Assembly: GCA_000004985.1 (NCBI GenBank)
Contig: GG738848.1
DNA from: Naegleria gruberi
Lineage: Eukaryota
Strand: one strand, 5' to 3'
Length of the DNA: 64,000 nucleotides
The notes under the pieces were generated by a model. It was not told where the DNA came from. It worked only from the letters and a program-made list of their open reading frames with translations, and ran no database searches. Each line of letters begins with the position of its first letter. Positions within the stretch are counted from its first letter, which is position 1. This document shows, piece by piece, positions 43,446 to 54,400 of this stretch. The translations under genes were made by a program, and so were the position numbers.

Positions 43446-44672
43446 ATGAGCAAACGAAATAGACAAGATTTTGAAAATTATCATCAATTTATTAATTCGG
43501 AGGAAATATTCACTAACAATTTTAATATTATGGAAGAGAAGGCAAAAAAGAGTGTGAAATTCCAACAAGAAATATTTTCAGATGATGTTTGTTTTGAAAT
43601 AATTTCCATGATTGATGATTCATGGTTTATTTTAAATAATTGTTGTTTAATTTCAAAACAATTCTTTAATGTGATCAAGGAACGTTCAAAACTTGTTATT
43701 CAATTTAACAAAAAATTTACAAAGAAACGAGTTCAATTATTCATGAAAAGTCAATTCATGAATAGTATTGTTAATCTTAAAGTTTCTCGCCGGTTACTTG
43801 ACTCTTTAGAACAACCCAAATTCATAAGTGAAATGAAACAATTAACATCACTTAATATTTCTGACAATCAAATTGGCTTAGAAGGAGCCAAATACATCAG
43901 TGAAATGACACAATTAACATCACTTGATATTAGTGTAAATCGAATTGGTGTTGAAGGAGCTAAATTCATAAGTGAAATGAAACAATTAACATCACTTGAT
44001 ATTAGTGTAAATCGAATTGGTGTTGAAGGAGTTAAATTCATAAGCGAAATGAAACAATTAACATCACTTGATATTTCTGACAATCAAATTGGCTTAGAAG
44101 GATCCAAATACATCAGTGAAATGACACAATTAACATCACTTGATATTAGTGTAAATCGAATTGGTGTTGAAGGAGCTAAATTCATAAGTGAAATGAAACA
44201 ATTAACATCACTTAATATTAGTGTAAATCGAATTGGTGTTGAAGGAGTTAAATTCATAAGTGAAATGAAACAATTAACATCACTTGATATTTCTGACAAT
44301 CAAATTGGCTTAGGAGCCAAATACATAAGTGAAATGACACAATTAACATCACTTGATATTTCTGTAAATCGAATTGGTGATGAAGGAGCTAAATTCATAA
44401 GTGAAATGAAACAATTAACATCACTTGATATTTGTGACAATCAAATTGGTGTTGAAGGAGCCAAATTCATAAGCGAAATGACACAATTAACATCACTTGT
44501 TATTACTAGCAATCGAATTGGTGTTGAAGGAGCTAAATTCATAAGTGAAATGAAACAATTAACATCACTTGATATTTCTGGCAATCGAATTGGTGATGAA
44601 GGAGTTAAATTCATAAGTGAAATGAAACAATTAACATCACTTAATATTAGTGTAAATCGAATTGGTGGATGA
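43446..44672 (+). CDS. F-box-like plus RNI-type LRR protein, intact part (408 aa), paralog of 34999. About 12 near-identical 24-aa LRR units.
   Basis: The N-terminal 100 aa are almost identical to the 34999 gene (MSKRNRQDFENYHQFINSEEIFTNNF...CFEIISMIDDSWFILNNCCLISKQFFNVIKERSKLVIQFNKKFT). The repeats read ISEMKQLTSLDISVNRIGVEGAKF. Confidence 0.7.
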   Translation: MSKRNRQDFENYHQFINSEEIFTNNFNIMEEKAKKSVKFQQEIFSDDVCFEIISMIDDSWFILNNCCLISKQFFNVIKERSKLVIQFNKKFTKKRVQLFMKSQFMNSIVNLKVSRRLLDSLEQPKFISEMKQLTSLNISDNQIGLEGAKYISEMTQLTSLDISVNRIGVEGAKFISEMKQLTSLDISVNRIGVEGVKFISEMKQLTSLDISDNQIGLEGSKYISEMTQLTSLDISVNRIGVEGAKFISEMKQLTSLNISVNRIGVEGVKFISEMKQLTSLDISDNQIGLGAKYISEMTQLTSLDISVNRIGDEGAKFISEMKQLTSLDICDNQIGVEGAKFISEMTQLTSLVITSNRIGVEGAKFISEMKQLTSLDISGNRIGDEGVKFISEMKQLTSLNISVNRIGG

Positions 44673-45140
44673 AGGAGTTAAATTCATAAGTGAAATGAAA
44701 CAATTAACATCACTTAATATTTCTGACAATCAAATTGGCGTAGAAGGAGCCAAATACCTCAGTGAAATGACACAATTAACATCACTTGATATTTCTGACA
44801 ATCAAATTGGCTTAGAAGGAGCCAAATACATAAGTGAAATGAAACAATTAACATCACTTGATATTTCTGCAATCGAATTGGTGATGAAGGAGCTAAATTC
44901 ATAAGCGAAATGAAACAATTAACATCACTTAATATTAGTGTAAATCGAATTGGTGGAGAAGGAGCCAAATACATCAGTGAAATGAAACAATTAACATCAC
45001 TTAATATTATGACAATCGAAATTGGTGACAAGGAGCCAAATACATAAGTGAAATGAAACAATTAACATCACTTCATATTACTAGCAATCAAATTGGCGTA
45101 GAAGGAGCCAAATACATAAGTGAAATGAAACAATTATTGT
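44650..45140 (+). pseudogene. Degenerating 3' continuation of the 43446 LRR gene: about 7 more LRR units interrupted by at least three single-base indels (frameshifts).
   Basis: ggtggatgaagg versus canonical ggtgatgaagg (+1 at about 44668). tctgcaatcg versus tctggcaatcg (-1 at about 44868). A further indel lies near 45005-45030 (aatattatgacaatcgaaattggtgacaaggagcc). The LRR reading frame hops between ORFs 43446, 44662, and later frames. Confidence 0.6.
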
Positions 45141-45671
45141 AGTTTAATAAAACTATTTTTTGATTGATTGAGATGGAAAATAATAGATTTAATAGAATCG
45201 ATCCATATCTAGAAACCTCATTGAACTGAGCTTGAAACTTTGGCTTTGATTTCTTTTGTTTCATTAAGCTTAGAAATAGTTTTTTCAAATTGCTTCTTTT
45301 ACCTTCTTGAATCATCCCTTGGTTGGATGTCATTACAGGGAGTGCCTTAGCAATCACCTTATCGGTATTACCTAGTTGGCATCAGTGGCGATGGCATCGA
45401 TAGGTTTAATTAAATTTGAAAGTGGTTGAATTTTCCTTACAATTTCGACCTCTAGATTTGTTTATCCAGGGCTATCATCCTCGTTCTAAGAAATCAAAGT
45501 TTAGATGAACAGCCAAGCATAATATCAATTTTTACAAAATATGAAACTTGCCAATTTCGAAGGAATGGGTATTCTGATAATCTTCTATCTAGAATGAACC
45601 AATGACAAGAAAATACCTATTTATTGTTTCAATTAAACCAACATTAAACCAACTACTGGTTTGCAACTCAT

Positions 45672-47783
45672 TCAGGGAGGAACCAGAGTTGTTTGAGAAT
45701 GAACACTTGGAAATATAACATGCCACAAATATTTAAAGTCCAAAAAGAGAGTTTTCCAATTTAGAAGCATATTTTGAAATCGAATATTGTTGAGAAAGAC
45801 ATATGAATCCGTTTCACATGCCTCCAAACTGTGTGATATGAAATATTTCAGTAGAGGTGAAATTACGTATCGTGTGAATAGATTTGAAATATTTTGAGGA
45901 CGAAAGACTGCCTCTGCCAAGTAATCCACAAACCAAACATAGGAATAGGTATAGTGAAAGACAAGTTGAAGATTTCTACTAAACGTAAAGTTGAATGTGT
46001 AGGGAAGTGGATGTACGTGCTTTTGTCGATTCTTCTTCTTTTCCAATCGAGAAGCAACCAATGATTCATGCAATGCTAAACAAGATTCACACACCAGTGC
46101 AATTCCTCTTCCATAGTAAGGATTAAGTGAGGCAACAGCATCACCCAGAGCGAGGAATCCCTCTACAATTGATTTCTTACCTCTCTTATTGGTAAGAGAA
46201 GGCAAAGTATCCCAATGATTGAACAAGACATAATCTCTCCTGTAAATACTCCAATCCATAACTGGTGGTTCTCCCTCTCCCACAAACTTGGTAAAACACT
46301 CCTCACATACTTTGAAAGCACTTGGAATTTCTTGCTTGATGAATTGGAGAACTGCATCTTTGGATTTTAGGTTTTTGGCCTTTTCAAATGTTCCCAATTT
46401 ACTGACAATAAACATGGCAAGATTATTTTCAATTCTATAGACCATTACTCGTTCAGTTTTGGGAAATTCATTACTATAGACCGTTAGCCATTGAGGTTTC
46501 TTTTCTCTCATGTAGAAACCCTCAGAGAGACATTCTGGCTTGATCTTGAATATTGCCATTACGTTTGTGATTTGAGACTTCTTTTTGGTTTTCTTCATTG
46601 GTTTGGCACGGTGATCAATTTCTGCCACCTCATTCAAAATCCACTCTGGTGTCTTGGTATAAACACCACTGCAATCAATGACCAAGCTGGCATCAAGTGT
46701 GCTTGTCTTTCCATCTATTGAAGGATGTCCACCTATGGCATCAAACTTGTTCTCTCCACTAATCTGTACTCCTACAGCTCTGTGAACGATATTTCCCAAA
46801 TATGTGGGTGAATTAGATTGTTGTTGAGAGCTCGAACTCGATGTATCTGAAATGGTATTATGATCTGGAATTTCACTATACGTTGCAGAGAAAATCTTCT
46901 TGGTAATACTGTCATATGAACTAAAGTGTTCCTCATGATATCGTTCCCAGAGAATATCCTTCACCTCTGTCTTTTCCAATACTATAATATTTTTCAAGTT
47001 TTTTACATAATCTCTGAGCCAACTTTCCAAAAAGGTCCTCGACATCATAATCATGTTGGGAAAGTTCAATAAATTAAGTGGTACTCTCGGTTTACCATTT
47101 GTTCTATAATCAGCCATATCAATACTCAATTCAAAGGCACCTTCTTCGACCATACTCTCAGTGAATGATTTTTCATTCTTGGTCAATAACTTGTCTAACA
47201 ATTGGATACATTTCATCAATAGGATATGAGTCTGATGTCCGTGAGCCACCATCGTATGCCCAGGAACCATCTCCTTCTGTTCCACAATATAAACCTGATC
47301 AAAGTGATGTGAGAGAACACACCCAGACAACAACCCAGATATAGAACCACCAATAATTACACAACTTTTACCAGCTTTGGGTATGTGCTTCTTTTCCAAT
47401 TGTTCAATTTCCTTCTCCAATGTCAAATCAGAGTGTTGCTTAATCTCCAAGAATGGAACTATAAACTTTTTAAATAACTTTACAATAATCGCCTTTAAAA
47501 TAAATACTAGAATAAAAATAAATAAATAATACACCAATAAGTCAATACTATTACAAGATATATTTGAGGATTTGCAAAAATCTTCCTTCCAATCCCTCAC
47601 TCGATCCTTATAAATCACAGTTTGATTCATCACCAAATGTGTCCAATTCTTTAAAGTTTCCCAATCATTCCGATGTTGTTGTTGATGATTCGTATGTTTT
47701 ATCTGATGTTGATTATGATGACTATTCATCACTGATGATGATGATGCCTGTGATGATGGATTACTCCTCAAACTTCCCGTCAT
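45672..47783 (-). CDS. FAD-dependent oxidoreductase / monooxygenase-like protein (703 aa) with an N-terminal His/Gln-rich region and a TM segment.
   Basis: Dinucleotide-binding motif KSCVIIGGSISGLLSGCVL...VYIVEQ (GxGxxG) and a downstream LGDAVASLNPYYGRGIA motif (GDAAh..P..G.G type of FAD hydroxylases / geranylgeranyl-reductase family). Confidence 0.6.
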   Translation of the reverse strand: MTGSLRSNPSSQASSSSVMNSHHNQHQIKHTNHQQQHRNDWETLKNWTHLVMNQTVIYKDRVRDWKEDFCKSSNISCNSIDLLVYYLFIFILVFILKAIIVKLFKKFIVPFLEIKQHSDLTLEKEIEQLEKKHIPKAGKSCVIIGGSISGLLSGCVLSHHFDQVYIVEQKEMVPGHTMVAHGHQTHILLMKCIQLLDKLLTKNEKSFTESMVEEGAFELSIDMADYRTNGKPRVPLNLLNFPNMIMMSRTFLESWLRDYVKNLKNIIVLEKTEVKDILWERYHEEHFSSYDSITKKIFSATYSEIPDHNTISDTSSSSSQQQSNSPTYLGNIVHRAVGVQISGENKFDAIGGHPSIDGKTSTLDASLVIDCSGVYTKTPEWILNEVAEIDHRAKPMKKTKKKSQITNVMAIFKIKPECLSEGFYMREKKPQWLTVYSNEFPKTERVMVYRIENNLAMFIVSKLGTFEKAKNLKSKDAVLQFIKQEIPSAFKVCEECFTKFVGEGEPPVMDWSIYRRDYVLFNHWDTLPSLTNKRGKKSIVEGFLALGDAVASLNPYYGRGIALVCESCLALHESLVASRLEKKKNRQKHVHPLPYTFNFTFSRNLQLVFHYTYSYVWFVDYLAEAVFRPQNISNLFTRYVISPLLKYFISHSLEACETDSYVFLNNIRFQNMLLNWKTLFLDFKYLWHVIFPSVHSQTTLVPP

Positions 47784-48331
47784 TTTTGTATATTATTTAC
47801 AACAACAATATTAAATAATTTAAATAATTTAAATAAATTGATGATCATTATCATAATTCTCAAAATCGAGAGCAGTAAATATTAATTTGCTGTTGATGAT
47901 CAGAAAAAGTCGCGTTAAGGAAAAACTGAGCAAACAAGTGTTGTTATTTTTTTTGATTTGTTTTTGTGGCCCTAAAAAGGAAAATTAGCTGGAATAGATC
48001 AACCCAAATATGGTACTTTCATTTTACTGTAAAAATCTGAGAAAAATATTCTTTAATTTCAAAATTGCATTGCTAAAAGTTGAATAGATGAAACTAAACT
48101 CTGATTCTGATAAAGTGCTAATATTATTAATTTTGGAAATTAGTAAGTTTTGAGATTTTCTTTTTAGAGCTCTTCCACCTGCAAGAATATATATCTGGCA
48201 GTGTGTACCAGGATCCTCTGTGGTTGTAATTTGTTTCTATTGTAATTTGCTCACGTTATAGAGAATCACGTTTCGAAATCCCTTTAAATTTGTCACACTG
48301 GTAAATTAAACTTGCTTATTCGAAACAAAAA

Positions 48332-49675
48332 ATGCTTTCTTTCGCCTTTAGAGTTTTTAAACCTTTAATTTATAGTGTAGTTGGACTTTTTCAACCTTCT
48401 GATCCTGCTGTATCTTCCTCCTATGTGAGATTGGCCAATACTCTATTCGAATTACATTTTAATTATATTGAGAATAAGAAACCAATTTCCAATTTCTTTA
48501 TAACTTGTGAGTTTGATGGTAAAACAGTGAGAAAGCAAGTATTACTAAAAGGTGATGGAAAACGTGATGGTGGTATCTATCATCATGCAGTTGAACTTCA
48601 TCCACAAAAGTTAATGTCCATTAAGGTGGAAACCGAAAGTGGAAGGTTGTTATTCGAAGCTCTAGATATTAATACCAACAGTTTCAAACAAGAAACTCTA
48701 ACATTAATGGAAATGTCTATTCCAGACAGAAAGCAAGAACTATTCGATTCTATTAAGGACAAATTAATTTCCATTTCCAAAAATGTAATCATTGGATCCA
48801 TGTCCATCACATTTAGTGGCAAATCATCCCTCCTCAACAATATCTTCAAAACACTTGGTTCCAAACATGTTCCATTCCCAGTAGGAAGCACAGAACAAGC
48901 AAGAGAAGCTTACAAACTATTTTATGGAAGTTATCCAAGTAATGATTATTTGTCGTCGTTCACCACTGAAATTCTCAAGAAAAATGTGGATGATGTTGAG
49001 GGAATGGAATCTCTTTGGATTTGGGATTTGCCTGGAATTTTCGAATTTACCACTGCCGGTCAAATGCCAACACTTTTGAGTTTGACAGATGACTTATTGA
49101 ACAAGTTATTTGTTACAAAGAATGGAATGATGAAATTGAATGGTAACCAAGAGGATAAAAAAGTCAATCGAGAAGAAGAAGAATTCTCACTGAAACCTCA
49201 AGCTTTAATTGTAACTCTTCCATTGGAGAATAGTTTCGCCTATAATTCCACAAGTGATAATAATATTGCGTTATATTTTGGAAGAATTTCTGGATTTCTA
49301 TCAAAGGAGCATAATGTGAAATCTGTTTATTGTTATACCAAGATAGACGAAACTTATATTTACCAGAATTACATTTCAAAGAATGTGGGAATTACTAGCA
49401 TGTTGGACGAAACTGATCCTACACCAGATCAAATGAAACTCAATTTACTCAAACAATTCCATGAATGGGATATTTTAGAAAGAAAGGATAATAATTTTCC
49501 AGATATGGTTAACAGTGATCATACAATTCCTTTTTTATCAATCAATTCCCCAACTAAGGAAATTGACAACTTTTTCCAAGTTCAATATTTGGAAGTGTTA
49601 AATCTGGCATTGGATAAATGTTTCCAGAAGAAATCATCCCTCTCATGTGAATCCATTTGCATTGTTAAAAAATAA
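48332..49675 (+). CDS. IRG (p47 immunity-related GTPase)-like protein (447 aa) with a degenerate P-loop.
   Basis: VIIGSMSITFSGKSSLLNNIFKTLG ... WIWDLPGIFEF aligns with the IRG consensus [22 protein letters not shown] ... FWDLPGIGS (G1 and G3 boxes). The P-loop has an insertion and lacks the canonical GxxxxGKS spacing. Confidence 0.5.
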   Translation: MLSFAFRVFKPLIYSVVGLFQPSDPAVSSSYVRLANTLFELHFNYIENKKPISNFFITCEFDGKTVRKQVLLKGDGKRDGGIYHHAVELHPQKLMSIKVETESGRLLFEALDINTNSFKQETLTLMEMSIPDRKQELFDSIKDKLISISKNVIIGSMSITFSGKSSLLNNIFKTLGSKHVPFPVGSTEQAREAYKLFYGSYPSNDYLSSFTTEILKKNVDDVEGMESLWIWDLPGIFEFTTAGQMPTLLSLTDDLLNKLFVTKNGMMKLNGNQEDKKVNREEEEFSLKPQALIVTLPLENSFAYNSTSDNNIALYFGRISGFLSKEHNVKSVYCYTKIDETYIYQNYISKNVGITSMLDETDPTPDQMKLNLLKQFHEWDILERKDNNFPDMVNSDHTIPFLSINSPTKEIDNFFQVQYLEVLNLALDKCFQKKSSLSCESICIVKK

Positions 49676-49803
49676 GAAGAAGAAACATGACTAAAAGAAT
49701 AAACCTTTCATTTACTTAAGAGGAAACAAATCTTAATTATTTTAAACTATTTGAATTTGTAAATATTGTAAAGTTTTTGTAAAGTTTTTTGTAAACTTGA
49801 AAT

Positions 49804-50667
49804 TTATTCCTTTACAGATTTAAGCAATTTTGATGCACTCGCCAAAATTTCAAAATGATACCCATTTCTCGAAATATATGGAGAGTGTACAATGCGTTTC
49901 ATTTGTGCACCAACGAAAATGAAATCTTTTGGAGTCAAACTTTCAAGCGAATCTGGCGATCTTCCTGATATAAAAATGAAACTCTTTACAATAATCTTTC
50001 GTGTAAATCTTGGTGATTTTTCAACGTGATTGAAAATCGTTTCGTCAAGTTTGTCCATGTGGGGAATATTTTCATAGAATAAATTGTCAATTCTTGGGGA
50101 TTTGACAAGAGTTGGAGAATTAGGTGTGAATGAATTGTAATTTTCTTGAAATTTGTTTTCGAGAAGAGAATTGTTTTGATCTGGTTTTTTGGCAAAGTAT
50201 TTGCATGTTACTAATGTTGGCTGGATCAAAAATAGAATGCTTATCATTATCATTTGAAAGATTGACAACAAGATGATTGAGATATACGAAAGTGAAACTG
50301 AAACCAAGACGGCAAGAGATGATTTTTGAGAGAATGTCAATTTCTGGGTAGTACAATAACCCAAGGAAGTTAAAAATCTCAAATTGAACAAGAAAATTGA
50401 ACCAGCATCTTCGTGATGAAGAATTGTCAATAAGAGTTCCCACCAATTTCTATACGATACTCGACTATTGTCTGTAAAAAACAAAAGGAAGGGTAGAAAG
50501 TTTGCCAACAAGTAAATCCATCCATTTCTATCTTCCATAGCAAGCTCTTGGTGCATTCTGATTCTTTCGTAATTCATTTTTTTGTTATTCGAAACGTGAT
50601 TTTCCTCCTTACCAATCTTAACATTCCTTGAAACGTGATTTTTCAACAATCCTAAACAGACTGTCAT
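49804..50667 (-). CDS. Hypothetical multi-pass membrane protein (287 aa).
   Basis: ORF with several hydrophobic helices (LLANFLPFLLFF, AVLVSVSLSYISIILLSIFQMIMISILFLI). Confidence 0.4.
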   Translation of the reverse strand: MTVCLGLLKNHVSRNVKIGKEENHVSNNKKMNYERIRMHQELAMEDRNGWIYLLANFLPFLLFFTDNSRVSYRNWWELLLTILHHEDAGSIFLFNLRFLTSLGYCTTQKLTFSQKSSLAVLVSVSLSYISIILLSIFQMIMISILFLIQPTLVTCKYFAKKPDQNNSLLENKFQENYNSFTPNSPTLVKSPRIDNLFYENIPHMDKLDETIFNHVEKSPRFTRKIIVKSFIFISGRSPDSLESLTPKDFIFVGAQMKRIVHSPYISRNGYHFEILASASKLLKSVKE

Positions 50668-50699
50668 CAGAAAACGTGATTAAACTTTAAAAAAAAACG

Positions 50700-51401
50700 A
50701 TGGGTAGATTAGTATATCTTGCAGCTGCAGGATTAGTTGGATATTTGCTTGGAACGAGACAAACTAATACTGACAGCCCAAGTTCACTTTCGAATAACTC
50801 GCCACAATCATTGATTGAGGTTTCTACAACAGACCCAGTTGTGGAATTTCAGCAATTGGCTGTGGTTTCTAATCCCAGTGATATTGAAGAAACATCATCT
50901 ACAGCTTTGGAAGTTATTCTAAACGATTCGTCTCCCAAATCCCTCACATGGTATAATACTGCACTCTATACTACAATTCTATTACTTTCATGTAAACTTG
51001 GAGTTTCGATTTATACCACACTGTTCACAACCTTCAGTATTCCAATGTCTTTGCAAGAACAGATTCGTATTCCAATTCTAATAACTAAAAACTATTCCTC
51101 TGAATGCTACAATCACTCTCTCCTTCTCAATCTACTCAATAGCAAAATGAAAGATTCTCGCTTCACATTTGAATTTTGCTCAGCTCCCGAAAAACCTCAT
51201 TTGAATTGTTGTTTCTATCTGGAAGATAGTAGAGATGTGAAAAGTCCATTCGACAAGTCAATTCTCTACATTGTGAATAGTAAAATAGCACAAGCAGTGA
51301 ATAGACCTCACATGTTCGTGTGTGCTCATTCGACCAATATTTTGGAATTGAAGAATATTCAGAATTTGATGGAATATTTGGAGATTAATTTTGTGGTATA
51401 G
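50700..51401 (+). CDS. Hypothetical protein (233 aa) with an N-terminal hydrophobic anchor or signal.
   Basis: MGRLVYLAAAGLVGYLLG N-terminus; ORF from the track. Confidence 0.4.
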   Translation: MGRLVYLAAAGLVGYLLGTRQTNTDSPSSLSNNSPQSLIEVSTTDPVVEFQQLAVVSNPSDIEETSSTALEVILNDSSPKSLTWYNTALYTTILLLSCKLGVSIYTTLFTTFSIPMSLQEQIRIPILITKNYSSECYNHSLLLNLLNSKMKDSRFTFEFCSAPEKPHLNCCFYLEDSRDVKSPFDKSILYIVNSKIAQAVNRPHMFVCAHSTNILELKNIQNLMEYLEINFVV

Positions 51402-51434
51402 ATATGGATTAGAATAAAAATATATAAAATTGGT

Positions 51435-54400
51435 TTATTGAAAGGATCCAAGTTGAATCTTGTTGTGTTTTTGAACCATTGCATAGAACATGGATGAGTG
51501 ATCGTTTAATAATTGTGTTGGACTTGCAAATTCTTTCACAATTCCATCATCAATGACCACAACTTTATCATAATCCAAAATAGTTTCCAATCGGTGGGCA
51601 ACACAAATGACAGTACATTTCTGGGAGAATTCATTTCTCAAGACTTGTTGGATTAGTTTGTCAGTTTCCAAATCGCAGAGAGCTGTGGCTTCGTCCAATA
51701 CGAGAATTTTACAGTTTCGAATAAGTGCTCTGGCAAGACAGAGTAATTGTCTTGTACCTGCTGAGATGTTTTCTCCATTTTCTGATATTTCCATTCCTAA
51801 TCCTGTTGCTCGAGGTTGAATCTCATCACTTTCTTCATTCGAAAGTTGGAATAATTTATCTTTCATTCCAACCTTTTCCAATGCATTCCAAAGCTCCCGA
51901 TCTGTAAATTGTGAATATCCATCAAGATTATCTCTTAATGTTCCTTTAAAGAGTGTTGGCTGTTGAGGAATGATACACAAGGCACTTCTCAAAGTTTCTA
52001 AAGGAACATTTCTAATATCAATTCCATCTACCAAAATGGAAGATTCTGATTCAATTTCTTGCATTCTGAATAGAGATTGGATTAAACTTGATTTTCCACA
52101 ACCTGTCCTTCCACAAACAGCAATTCTTTCCTTTTCCTTAATAGTTAAATTAATTCCTTTAAGAACTAATTTGTTAGTCACTTGATTATTCGACTCTAAA
52201 CTCTTGTACCTCATTAATACATTGTTGAAATTAATGTTTCCCTCACTCGCAAAGCTTTCAACTTTTTCACCTACTCCCTCAGGTTCATATTTTTCACTTT
52301 CCAAATTTGAATATTGGTCAATTCTTTGAATGGAAACTAAACCATTTTCTATCAATACCAATAAATAAGACAAGTAATATAAAACATCAAAGTTTGAAGT
52401 AGCTTGTAGAATAATCATTCCAACAAGTGGACCTCCAGATGCTAAAACACTTGACATGATAATAACCGAAACGGCAAGACCACCCAATATTTCATTTCGA
52501 ATATCAAAGTATTTGTACATGCACTGAATATTATATCTCACGTGTACGTGGTTATCTGCCTTAAATTCGAATAAATCTTTCATTAATTCTTCCTTTCCAA
52601 ATGCACGAATGGTTTGAAGGCCATTAAGAGTTTCGGATATTTGAGAACTGAGTGGAGATGAATAAATTCCAGACAATGTTGACAATTCTCTCAATGTAAC
52701 TCTAAAGTAACTTTGATAATACAAGATTATTGGGAATAAAATAACTAAAATAAATATGGAAAATGGAGAAAGTATTAAAATGGTAACTAGGCCAAAAATC
52801 CAAAACATGAGAACTGGAACAAACTCTCTCAACAATGAATTCAACTCACTATCAATTTGATTAGTATCTCTGGTAAATCTTGCAATAATTCTACCCACTG
52901 GTGTATTATCAAAAAAGGTAATACAAGAATTAACAATACTGTTCATGAGTTTTTCATGAAGTTTCTTTGCAGTATTCAAATAATGGGATAGAGCAAGGAA
53001 ATTACCCATCACATCTACGCATACATAAAGAATAGCACTTCCTAAATAAGTCATTAAATAGAAAATTAAAGTGAAATTTTCATATTTCTCATCAGTTGAC
53101 CATTTGGTAAGGACATATTGATGAACAACATCAAGAATTTTGAATATAATTCCAAGAATGCAAATAACTACAAATATTGGCTTGTTATAACCAACAGCAA
53201 ACTTGAGAAGAGTTTTGTAATTTTCCCAAACTGTTCCCTTCACTCGTTGTTCTTCTTCTATGGATGTGAATTTCTCCAATGATTCGTCATCATTTGGAAG
53301 TAGTTGAAGAGTTGGCTTGATTTCTTCTTGTTCAGTTTCGAATAAATCTTCTTCGACTTCTTCCTTCTTTTTACTAAACTCATCAATCAAATTTCTAAAT
53401 ACATTATTGGAATCTTGATAAAGTTCATGATAAGTTCCATTCTGAATGATTTTTCCATCTTCAAATACAAGAATTCTCTCTGCTTTGTCAATAAAGTGAA
53501 TTTGATTCGTGACCATAATTGTTGTTTTACCAGCTTCCAAAAGTGGAAGTATTCCAAATTTCATAATATGATCTGCAGTGTGAACATCAACTGCTGAGAG
53601 AGGATCATCCAATAGATAAACATCTGCGTTCGAATAGAGACATCTTGCTAAGGAAACTCTCAATTGTTGACCTCCTGACAAGTTGACACCATTTTCACCA
53701 ATCATACTCAAATCTAAAATTTCTTTTGAGATTTGATAAAGATCAGTTTCTAAATTGCATGCGTGTAATACTTTGGAATATCTTTCCGAATTAAATTCTT
53801 CACCAAAAGTTATATTTTCACGAATAGTTTGGTTTCTAATCCAAGAATCTTGTGAACAGTAGGCATATTTGAGTTTAGATTGTTTTTGGAAAGTGGAACA
53901 GCCATCATCTATTAGTCTAGTTTCTCCCAATAATGAAGATAAGAAAGATGACTTTCCAGAACCGACCTTTCCAATAACACAAATAAACTCACTCTTTCTA
54001 ATTGACAAATTCATTCCTTTCAAACAAGAAACAGGTTCAGTAGAATCAACAGGATCCCAAGTAAATGAAGCATCTTTCATTTCTGTAATTATTTCATCAT
54101 TTTCCACTTGGGCAATTTGGTGTGAAACTTCTTCAGCTCTCAGAAACTTGACAATTCTGTTAAATCCAGTTACTGCTCTTGAAACTTGTAATGCAGATGA
54201 AGGAAGTTGAATTGTTTCATATCTTACCAATTCCAAAGCATTAAGGAAGGAGAATGCAAGACTAACACTCAAAGATTGATTGCTGAAATAACAAAAATGG
54301 ACGAAACTGACAAATGAAATGAAAGGAGCAAAAGTATTCCACAAGCATTCCATTCCTGCGTCTGAAATGAACCCCTTCTTAATATTTCTCATCTCAGTTT

